Below, one piece after another: positions 1-8,336 of a stretch of DNA of 32,000 bases. Every line of letters begins with the position of its first letter. Within the stretch, counting starts at the first letter, position 1. A program made the position numbers and the translations under genes. The notes beneath the pieces were generated by a model. The model worked only from the letters and a program-made list of their open reading frames with translations. It ran no database searches and was not told the origin of the DNA. Origin of the DNA: Promethearchaeota archaeon (GTDB lineage: Archaea; Asgardarchaeota; Lokiarchaeia; Sigyniarchaeales; SOKP01); the NCBI GenBank assembly GCA_030606485.1, contig JAUWGH010000006.1, positions 237,432-269,431 on the forward strand. Direction: 5' to 3'.

Positions 1-1
1 T

Positions 2-547
2 TTTACTTTAATTTTCCCTACATCAGAAGAGTTCGATATGATAAAACATTCTTGTAACGATTTTGATAAAATTCACGCCTCTATTGGACTACTTGTATAC
101 GGTGTTTATTATAATCCCCATAAAATTAAATATCCTGAAAAGTATATTTCAGCATTAATAAGTCGAGGAGAATTAAGAGGTACTAATATATTCCTTAAAG
201 AAAAAATTTCCCAATTTAATCCAAGTATTTGTTCTGGCATTATTAATTATTCACCAGGCTTTTCTAAATATTTTACAAGCTATGGGAACTTAAAAACCTT
301 CGAGGTTCATAAACCAAAATTAATTTCTTCGGAGGATAATCGCAATGCACTAAATCAAGGATTAAGGTTATTTCTAAAAAATGATCCTCTCGAATTTGAA
401 ACAAATAAATTATTTGAAAAGTCAATTTTTGATATTGATATATTATATTCCGATACAGCCGGAATTTCGACTTTTCCTTTTAGTAGAAAAAAATCTTTAA
501 AAGAAAAATATATTGAAGAATTATTTCAATTAAGGAAAGAGAGATAA
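2..547 (+). CDS. Hypothetical protein, probably 5'-truncated by the window edge
   Basis: The frame is open from base 2 (FTLIFPTSEEFD) through the ATG at 38 to the stop at 547. It ends 2 nt before the next gene. No recognisable motif. Confidence 0.6.
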   Translation, partial: FTLIFPTSEEFDMIKHSCNDFDKIHASIGLLVYGVYYNPHKIKYPEKYISALISRGELRGTNIFLKEKISQFNPSICSGIINYSPGFSKYFTSYGNLKTFEVHKPKLISSEDNRNALNQGLRLFLKNDPLEFETNKLFEKSIFDIDILYSDTAGISTFPFSRKKSLKEKYIEELFQLRKER

Positions 548-549
548 AT

Positions 550-1647
550 ATGACTTTTGCTGGGAAAAATGATAAAGATAGAAAAAATAAATTATTATTA
601 TTTAATTTATTTTGGAAAAATGGATTCATTCCTCGTATAGAAATACCAATATATGAATATGTTGGAGATGATAAATTTGGAAATCCATTAACAGATTTAG
701 ATGTATTTGCATGGAAATATATACCATTTATCGGAATTATAAAACTTACTGGAAGCGCAAAAGGTGATACACCTAACGTTTCTCATAGATCTGAAATTTT
801 TAAATTAAAAGGTGTAAATGAATATTTTAATCCATTTCAATCTTTTTATGTTCACGATTCAAGTCCTACGGATGAACTGTATTGGTTTGGAAAAAAATTA
901 GGGATTGAAATATTATCAAAAGCTTCTATTTCATCAATGACAAAAAGATTAAAAGGAAATTTTAATTTTTCCGAAGTGGGAGCTAATTCTTTATGTAATT
1001 CAATATTACTTACAAAAAAATTAAATAAATATGATTTCATAACTTCATTAGTTTGGTTATCTAAAAATCCTGATAAAATTTATAAAATAGAAGCATTACT
1101 AATAGAAAGTATAAAAAAATATAATAACATTGATGAAAAAAATAACTTACTTCTTCTTCTCTATTTAATTTCAATATATCTTTTTTCAATTACTGAGATT
1201 ATTGAAAAAATTCAAAATGTAGCACCATCTGATCTTCAATTTAAATTAAAATGGGCATTATATGGAGGAAAAGAAATTTATAATACGGTAGTAGACGTAA
1301 TCGACGTGATTAATACATATTTAGAGAAAAAATATGAAGAGAAATCTACACCATTTAACTATGAAAACTTTATTCCCAAATTTAAACTTCACTCTTTAGT
1401 AATTAATAGATTTTTTTTACAGATAGAAGCTATTTTTATTGCAATTAGGTGTATTGATTTTATACTATTATATTATGCGGAGTATGATACTATTTTGGAT
1501 ATAGATGTTATAATAAATGATTTTACAAATTCTGAAGTTAAAAAAGGTGAGGCTTTAGGTGTATTAAGACATCTTTTTTTGTATTTTAAAGAGAATTTGG
1601 ACCCCAATTTTGAAAAAGTGGCTAAAAAAATTAATCTAATGAGATGA
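550..1647 (+). CDS. Putative PD-(D/E)XK restriction-endonuclease-like protein with helical C-terminal region
   Basis: 365 aa. N-terminal pattern F-x3-G...RIEIP...TDLDVFA...SAK...IFKLKGVNEYF resembles restriction-endonuclease-fold proteins. The acidic residue of the (D/E)xK motif appears to be Ser. Confidence 0.5.
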   Translation: MTFAGKNDKDRKNKLLLFNLFWKNGFIPRIEIPIYEYVGDDKFGNPLTDLDVFAWKYIPFIGIIKLTGSAKGDTPNVSHRSEIFKLKGVNEYFNPFQSFYVHDSSPTDELYWFGKKLGIEILSKASISSMTKRLKGNFNFSEVGANSLCNSILLTKKLNKYDFITSLVWLSKNPDKIYKIEALLIESIKKYNNIDEKNNLLLLLYLISIYLFSITEIIEKIQNVAPSDLQFKLKWALYGGKEIYNTVVDVIDVINTYLEKKYEEKSTPFNYENFIPKFKLHSLVINRFFLQIEAIFIAIRCIDFILLYYAEYDTILDIDVIINDFTNSEVKKGEALGVLRHLFLYFKENLDPNFEKVAKKINLMR

Positions 1648-1751
1648 ATCAAATTATATAAGACATGATAAATAATCCAATTGTAAATAGAGAGTATTAA
1701 AATAAAATTGTAATTTATATTATTTATTTTAAGATTTTTTTTCCATTTTCT

Positions 1752-1991
1752 TTATTCTTTTACTTTTCTGCTTAGTTTCATCCTGAGAGGTATTAGTTGT
1801 ACAGTTTCTAATGCAGGTTCAATTTTAATCGTTTTAAAAATACCTGGCTTAGCAATTCTCCATAATTTTATGTTGTTGGTGATATCTTCTGTTGTTTCTG
1901 CGTCTGATACGGATATTCCCCCACCTCCGGGAGTTAAATACCAGGTAAGTTGTTTTACTCGTGGGGCAGGATAAAACTTTTTCGAAAGCAA
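1752..1991 (-). pseudogene. DUF3303-like small protein, N-terminally truncated or interrupted (or a short intact gene from TTG 1991)
   Basis: FYP...KQLTWYLTPGGGGISVSDAET...WRIAKPGIFKTIKIEPA resembles archaeal DUF3303-type proteins from memory. The frame stays open upstream to 2030, where it meets the in-frame TAG of the RNase J-like gene. Confidence 0.45.
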
Positions 1992-2030
1992 CTTTTGTCC
2001 AAACTCGTTATTAAATTCCGAAGAAAAATT

Positions 2031-3518
2031 CTAAACACATTGAAATTTGATTGGTTCATTATGCTCGGCAATAATTACTTCTATTTCTGAGGTATGAAAA
2101 AATTTTTCAAAAAACTTAGCGTGTTCCGTATGAATTGGAATTAAATATCGCGGATTAATTTCATGTATAAAGTTAATTAAATCATGTGGCGTTGCATGTC
2201 CGGATGCATGAATACGATAAGCCGGGATTCCAATTTTTTCTAATTCCTTACTTATAGTTTTCGAATTATCATAGAACTCCTCGACATAGGGATCAACACT
2301 TGAAGATATAAACAAACCCTTGAGATTATGGTTAAGATTATTCATTAGATCTTCATAAAGATGAGTTATATATATAAAATAGTTTCTTTCCAAATCTTTT
2401 AGTTGATTATACTCAATAAATCTCTCTCCTTGCTGTTGTTTGTAAATAACTTGACGAATCTCCTCTTGCCAAGGAAATCTTACGCGTCCCTTTTTCAGAA
2501 TATAAACATGCTCATCCTCAATAATGTTGGGATCCATCATCGTTTCATAGATCGCATCCTTATTTAAAAGATAATAAAAATACGCATCCTTCTCTGTAAT
2601 AATGTATTTCCAGCCATACTCTTTCGCGATATGTGAATATGTCCTGAACCGATCCCAATCTATTCGATCATATTTTACTAAAATAAAATCAAAAGGATTC
2701 TTCTGAAATAATTTCTCTAAATTACTTTTCACACTATCTTCCGATTCGACCATTCCCTTATGAACTTTCGTTCCTTCACATATCAGCACTTTTACTCCAT
2801 TTGAAATTAGATTTTGCTCTTCCTGATTTAAATTAATTTTCGATAAGTATAAATTATTGGTTTTTATCTCTTGAAGAAATTCTTCTGTCATGTTCGATAA
2901 GGGTCCATGCATTCGAAAATCTCCCGTATAAACAATTGGTCCCGCAGAACTATATATAATAAATCCATACGCCGCAGGTATCGAATGATCCACATGAAAC
3001 GGGACCACATTCAATCCTTTGATACTCAATATATCTCCTGTCCTAAATGTATGCCAATTCAATCCGGCAAAATTATTCTCAATTGAACGCTTTGTAGACT
3101 TGTAGAATGCCATAATAATTTTCTTGGTAACAACACCCGTATAAATCGGAATTATGCGATTCACAAACGATATCCCTAAAAAATGATCCTTATGCGGATG
3201 CGAAATGAAAATCGCATCTAAATTTGAAGGGAAATCCTCATCAACTAAATTCTTAGGTTGAGTTCCAATTTGCTTAGTATATAAATTCTCAATAGAAAGA
3301 TGGTCCTCATTAGGAATTATGTCAAGACTTATTAACTCTTTAATCGATGAGGGATGCTGTCCCTTTCTATAATTCCCTTTAAATTTTTCAATATTTACGC
3401 CAAAATCCAAAAAAATCTTTACGCCATATCCAATATCTTCTAAAAATACGATATTCCCCCCTACTTCATTAACTCCACCTAATAAAGTTATCCTAATCGT
3501 CTGATTGGATTCTCCCAT
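2031..3518 (-). CDS. RNase J-like MBL/beta-CASP ribonuclease (paralogue 1)
   Basis: Complete motif set: GGVNEVGG, LDFG, SHPHKDH (HxHxDH), HVDHS, YTGDFRMHG, CEGT, HASGHA, PIHTEH. Confidence 0.9.
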   Translation of the reverse strand: MGESNQTIRITLLGGVNEVGGNIVFLEDIGYGVKIFLDFGVNIEKFKGNYRKGQHPSSIKELISLDIIPNEDHLSIENLYTKQIGTQPKNLVDEDFPSNLDAIFISHPHKDHFLGISFVNRIIPIYTGVVTKKIIMAFYKSTKRSIENNFAGLNWHTFRTGDILSIKGLNVVPFHVDHSIPAAYGFIIYSSAGPIVYTGDFRMHGPLSNMTEEFLQEIKTNNLYLSKINLNQEEQNLISNGVKVLICEGTKVHKGMVESEDSVKSNLEKLFQKNPFDFILVKYDRIDWDRFRTYSHIAKEYGWKYIITEKDAYFYYLLNKDAIYETMMDPNIIEDEHVYILKKGRVRFPWQEEIRQVIYKQQQGERFIEYNQLKDLERNYFIYITHLYEDLMNNLNHNLKGLFISSSVDPYVEEFYDNSKTISKELEKIGIPAYRIHASGHATPHDLINFIHEINPRYLIPIHTEHAKFFEKFFHTSEIEVIIAEHNEPIKFQCV

Positions 3519-3660
3519 AAATAATCAATTTATAGAATTTCTATTTACATTAAAATTATAAAAAGAGTTATTTTTAATTTATCTTATCTCAAATTTTCCC
3601 ATAATTTTATCCTTACACAAAATTTAAAAAAACCAAGTAAATCATATTATTAGAGAAATA

Positions 3661-5199
3661 ATGACATCTATAACGATTTATGATGGAGCAGATACTATTG
3701 GCGGAAGCAAAATATATGTGGAAGAAAATGGAAAAGGTGTTTTTCTCGATTTTGGAATGAATTTTAAGAAATACCATTACTTCTTTCAAGAATTTTTAAA
3801 AGAACGCTCTTCTAGAGGGCTCTATGATTTAATCCATTTAGATCTTATTCCAAAATTAAATATTTATCGAGAAGATTTAATCCCGCCCGACCTTGATCTT
3901 TCGAGTTATCCAAAATTAAATATTGAAGCAGTATTAGTAAGCCACCCCCACATGGATCATTTCGGCAATATAGGTTTACTTAAAACGGATATTCCCATCA
4001 TTGCTTCACCCATGAGCTTCGCATTAATAAAAGGAATGGCTGACTCATCAAACCTTACATTAAACTTGGAAGTTGCATTTTACTCCAAAAAAACTCAAGG
4101 AATATCTAACAAAATCTTAAAATCTCTTAAAGGCACATATAAAACCAGAAACTTGATTTGCACAGAAAGTTATCCTGATACTTTAGAATATTTCTTAACT
4201 ACAAACATTAAAAATGCTCCAGACAAAACAACAGGAGAATTAAAACCACTGGAACGTGGTGATTTATGTGATTTAAGCGCTAACCCCACTCAATTCGAAA
4301 TAAGTTGCTATGAAGTGGATCATTCCATCTACGGCTCTACGGGATACATTTTATCCGGTGATACCACAATAGCCTACACCGGCGATTTTCGATTACACGG
4401 AAAAAATGCCGATAAAAGTGAAAGATTTATAAAAAAAGCCAAGAACGCTTCTATTTTGATAATAGAAGGAACCAGAACTTCAAGAGAAGATATTGGTGAA
4501 TCGGAAGAAGAGGTTTATGAAAACTGCCTTAACGTTATTCAAGAAGCAAAAGGAGTCGTTGTCGCAGACTTTTCAGCGAGAAACTTCGAACGCCTTGAAT
4601 TATTTGAAAAAATCGCAAAAAAATCTAATAAAGAAATTGTTATCCCCGCTAAGCAAGTATACCTACTAAAAGCCCTTGAAAAAGTTGATGGGATTGATAG
4701 AACAAGCGAGATTCTCGTTTTTGATGAATATAAATCCAGCAAGAAGTATTGGGAAGAAAACTTTCTAAAAAACCAGCTTAATTATATCGATCCCAAGAAT
4801 ATAGCAAAATCTCCCGAAAACTATATCCTCTGCTTCTCGCTCTATGACATTAAACATCTGTTAGATATCAAACCTCAAAACGGGACTTATATCTACTCCT
4901 CGAGTGAAGCGTTCGAAGAAGAGTCCGAGTTTGACTTTATCAGATTGAATAATTGGCTTAAACATTTTGGATTCGAGGTTCATGGGTTCGAAATTATTAA
5001 AAAAGGCGGCCAGCAAAAACCCGAATTTATTAAAGGATTTCACGCATCAGGGCACGCAGCGAAAAGCGATTTAATGAGAGCAATCGAAATAATCGATCCA
5101 GACTATATCATCCCCGTCCATACCGAAAATCCCAACTGGTTTAAAGAACATTTTGATAATACGCTTCTAATAAAAAATGGGAAAATAAATAACTTCTAA
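3661..5199 (+). CDS. RNase J-like MBL/beta-CASP ribonuclease (paralogue 2)
   Basis: GADTIGG, LDFG, SHPHMDH, EVDHS, YTGDFRLHG, IEGT, HASGHA, PVHTE. Confidence 0.9.
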   Translation: MTSITIYDGADTIGGSKIYVEENGKGVFLDFGMNFKKYHYFFQEFLKERSSRGLYDLIHLDLIPKLNIYREDLIPPDLDLSSYPKLNIEAVLVSHPHMDHFGNIGLLKTDIPIIASPMSFALIKGMADSSNLTLNLEVAFYSKKTQGISNKILKSLKGTYKTRNLICTESYPDTLEYFLTTNIKNAPDKTTGELKPLERGDLCDLSANPTQFEISCYEVDHSIYGSTGYILSGDTTIAYTGDFRLHGKNADKSERFIKKAKNASILIIEGTRTSREDIGESEEEVYENCLNVIQEAKGVVVADFSARNFERLELFEKIAKKSNKEIVIPAKQVYLLKALEKVDGIDRTSEILVFDEYKSSKKYWEENFLKNQLNYIDPKNIAKSPENYILCFSLYDIKHLLDIKPQNGTYIYSSSEAFEEESEFDFIRLNNWLKHFGFEVHGFEIIKKGGQQKPEFIKGFHASGHAAKSDLMRAIEIIDPDYIIPVHTENPNWFKEHFDNTLLIKNGKINNF

Positions 5200-5438
5200 T
5201 ATCAAGCTTCTATTGTTTTTACTTCAATTTTAAAAAATTTAAGTCTATTAGCAAATATTTTTTTAGATTCTAGAATATCCCTATGTTTATGTTAACTAAT
5301 ATATACATATTCCTATTCCTATTAAGTATATCAGTAGGCCTAATATTTTAAATTTAATTTTGAAGAATTTAATACATTTAATGGGTTCCTTGCCATAATT
5401 TTGAATATATCTAATTTTTATTCTATTTTTTAAAAAAT

Positions 5439-8306
5439 TTAACTAAATAGAGAATCTAGATTAGATTTTACATTAATATCTTCAATCTTATCTGAGAGTT
5501 CTTTAATTAATTTTTTAATATTACTAAGATTCATTCCAGTTATACTCGTTGAAGCCTTAAAATCTACATTAAGTTTAATCTTAAGTGATTCTGACTTTTG
5601 TCCTAACATTAAAAGTAAAGTTTTTAAATTCATTAATAAATCCAAATTTTCCCAACTAAAATCCATCGAAAGGTTTAATTCTTTTAATATTTCAACAGTT
5701 GTTTCTGGAGGAGTAGTTGTTGGAGTAGCAGTGGTTGTCGTTGTTTCTGAAGGAGTAGTTGTTGGAGTAGTAGGAGTTGTCGTTGTTTCTGGAGGAGTAG
5801 CTGTTGGAGTAGTAGGAGTTGTTGTTGTTTCTGGAGGTTCACCTTTTTTAATAGAATTTTCAATAATTTGTTCAGCAATTGAATTTGGAATTAAAAGAGT
5901 ATCGTTAGAGATAGAAATTTTATTCTTCGAAACTTTTTCTTTAAAGTACCAATTTTTAAAGTCTTCAGTAGTTAATTCTGAAAAATCCTTTTCTTCAATA
6001 TTCTCTTGAAGTTTTCCATAAGCAAAATCTGCTCTTTGTACTCCTTGGATAATAGTTCTTATTAATACATTTTGATCTTTAAGAAGAACATCGCCTATTT
6101 GAAAGAATTGATTCCATATATTTTCAGAATTTTTAACTTCATTTAATGTTTGAACTAATGCTCCTGAAAAATAATTTTCAAAAATTTTGTTTTCATTAAT
6201 TAATGTATTTTCAGCTCGTTCTTGAATACACTTTCCATCTTGAGACATTTTTAATACTTCTATCTTTTCTTCTTTATCCCACTTGCATACGATTGAAAAG
6301 GTTTTGTAAAAGTGTTGCTCAAGATTATCATTTGTGTCTTTAATCCTTTTTTTTAAATCTTGCTTCTGGGAAGAAGATAATCTATTAATAATCTCAGATT
6401 TTTCTATTTTTTCTAAAGCTAATAATTCCTTTATTTTATCTCTCGTTTCATTAAAATTATATACTTCCGGCAAGATGAAAATTAAACCATTTTTATAGAC
6501 TCTATTTGATTGTCCTATATTTTTTGTAAATTCTAGTAATTTGGCAATTATTTCGGGATTTAAACTATATAATTTACTTAATGGAATACCAAATGAAGAA
6601 TCACATATGATATAATTAATTACTGGCTTTTCAGGGATATCTTTTGAAGAAGAAGGATAAATTACATATTGATAATTCTTTTTTATAATAGAATTAAGTT
6701 TAGATTTAAAGGTCTCATCAATTTCATTATCTTTTAATTTATTTTTTTCATCGATTATTATTGCATTTAAATTTACTTCTGTTTTTATTAAGAATTTTCC
6801 ATTTTCTTCAAAGAAATAGAATAAATAATTTTTCATCTTTTCTCTTGCAAGATCTATAAGAGCTGGAATAATGCCCGACTCATCGAACACAGATAGATTT
6901 AGGAATTTTTCATTAATACCAATCGGATCTGTTCCTACTTGAAAAGAATGTAGAAATATCACTCTAAATAATCTTTCTGCTAATTTAATTTCTTTTATTT
7001 TATCCTCACCGATTTCCTCTTCTTGTAGAAACCTAGCCCTTTTATTATCAGTATCAATAATACCTTCATAAGTTTGACCCATAAATTTTAGTAGAATAGC
7101 CTTGAGCTCTGGCTCGGTAATATTAAAGTGTCCTGGTAGAATTAGAGAGATATTTTTTTCATCTTTCAAATTTCTTAACAAAAGACTAAAGATATATAAT
7201 ACATATCTCGTTCGTTGGAAAGCTTCAGAAGCATTCCATTTTTCATAGAAGACTTTAATTAATTCTGGGTGAAATGGATAACTTAATTTTAACTTATCTT
7301 CATAATTTTCAATAACAGTAGAAAAAATTTCTTCAGGCATAGAATTACTATATCTTTTATAGAGAGTGAATATTTTATTACAAATTTTGGTTATTTCATT
7401 CTTTTTTGTTTCTGATAAAGGTTTAAATAACCGTTTCCTAATAATATGGTAGATTTCATCACCTTCTATAGGTGGAATAATACTTTCTTCTCTTCCGATC
7501 ATTTTCCTTAATGTTAGAAGATGTGCTTCTCCTCTTTCGGTTTGGGATTCAATACGGGTTTCTGGCAAAGATACTATTAAAGCAGTTTTTAGTTCTTCAT
7601 CATTAATAACTTCAGGTAATCTTCGAAAGAATTCGAAAGTTGTATTTAACCATTCTTTATCTAATTTATCTAAATTTGAAATATATCCTAAAACCTCGTC
7701 CATAAGAATTAATGAGGGCTGTTCAATGCTTAAGAAGACTTTTTTTAGAGAATCTTTTGTAGGACAAGTTTTATTTTTATCATCTACTTCGAGAATTTTG
7801 TAACTTTCAATTCCTCCTAATTGATAAGCAAGTTCTCCCCATATAGTATTTACTTTAATATTATTTTCAATAATTCTACCCTTGTTTACATCTAAATTCG
7901 CACCTACTATAATACATATTGTAGGTGAAAATTCTTTAGGAATTTTTGAAAGGAATCCTTCTAAAATTTCATTAAAAAGAGGCTCGTCCTTTAATTTATA
8001 ATAAGAATTATAGAAATGAAATAAAGCTGCCAATGCATGGGTTTTTCCACCACCAAAAGATGTTTGTAGATTATAAACACCCTCTGTAGTTAACCCTAAT
8101 AGCCGTGAAAGAACTCCCTTAAATAATTTTATTAGACCCTTGGTTAAATAAGTATTTTCAAAAAACAAAACAGGATCTGAATAATCTCTAACTCCTTTTC
8201 CTTTCTCAATTTTATCTAAATCTGCGACAAATAACGAGCTATCTATCTTGTTAAGCTCAATAAAATCTTGTAATTCAATTATATTTTGCCAATTTTGAAA
8301 TTTCAT
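5439..8306 (-). CDS. DUF499 family AAA+ ATPase (restriction-like system)
   Basis: FFENTYLTKGL, Walker A-like LQTSFGGGKTH, WGELAYQLG, Walker B ILMDEV, YPFHPEL, FQRTR. The ATG at 8306 lies downstream of GAGGT, so it is preferred over the TTG at 8315. Confidence 0.88.
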   Translation of the reverse strand: MKFQNWQNIIELQDFIELNKIDSSLFVADLDKIEKGKGVRDYSDPVLFFENTYLTKGLIKLFKGVLSRLLGLTTEGVYNLQTSFGGGKTHALAALFHFYNSYYKLKDEPLFNEILEGFLSKIPKEFSPTICIIVGANLDVNKGRIIENNIKVNTIWGELAYQLGGIESYKILEVDDKNKTCPTKDSLKKVFLSIEQPSLILMDEVLGYISNLDKLDKEWLNTTFEFFRRLPEVINDEELKTALIVSLPETRIESQTERGEAHLLTLRKMIGREESIIPPIEGDEIYHIIRKRLFKPLSETKKNEITKICNKIFTLYKRYSNSMPEEIFSTVIENYEDKLKLSYPFHPELIKVFYEKWNASEAFQRTRYVLYIFSLLLRNLKDEKNISLILPGHFNITEPELKAILLKFMGQTYEGIIDTDNKRARFLQEEEIGEDKIKEIKLAERLFRVIFLHSFQVGTDPIGINEKFLNLSVFDESGIIPALIDLAREKMKNYLFYFFEENGKFLIKTEVNLNAIIIDEKNKLKDNEIDETFKSKLNSIIKKNYQYVIYPSSSKDIPEKPVINYIICDSSFGIPLSKLYSLNPEIIAKLLEFTKNIGQSNRVYKNGLIFILPEVYNFNETRDKIKELLALEKIEKSEIINRLSSSQKQDLKKRIKDTNDNLEQHFYKTFSIVCKWDKEEKIEVLKMSQDGKCIQERAENTLINENKIFENYFSGALVQTLNEVKNSENIWNQFFQIGDVLLKDQNVLIRTIIQGVQRADFAYGKLQENIEEKDFSELTTEDFKNWYFKEKVSKNKISISNDTLLIPNSIAEQIIENSIKKGEPPETTTTPTTPTATPPETTTTPTTPTTTPSETTTTTATPTTTPPETTVEILKELNLSMDFSWENLDLLMNLKTLLLMLGQKSESLKIKLNVDFKASTSITGMNLSNIKKLIKELSDKIEDINVKSNLDSLFS
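5701..5837 (-). repeat. In-frame 42-bp tandem repeat (3 full units plus an 11-bp partial unit) encoding a Thr/Pro-rich linker in the DUF499 protein
   Basis: Units start at 5701, 5743, 5785 and 5827, each with GTTTCTG(G/A)AGG. The encoded peptide is PPETTTTPTTPTAT-PPETTTTPTTPTTT-PSETTTTTATPTTT-PPET. Confidence 0.92.
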
Positions 8307-8336
8307 TTTTTTCAACCTCTATTAATTTTAAATATA

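Noticed and set aside
5684-6009. ORFs 5684..5878 (QQQLLLL repeats) and 5731..6009 (VVVVSGG repeats)
   Set aside because: Alternative-frame and antisense shadows of the 42-bp repeat inside the DUF499 gene.
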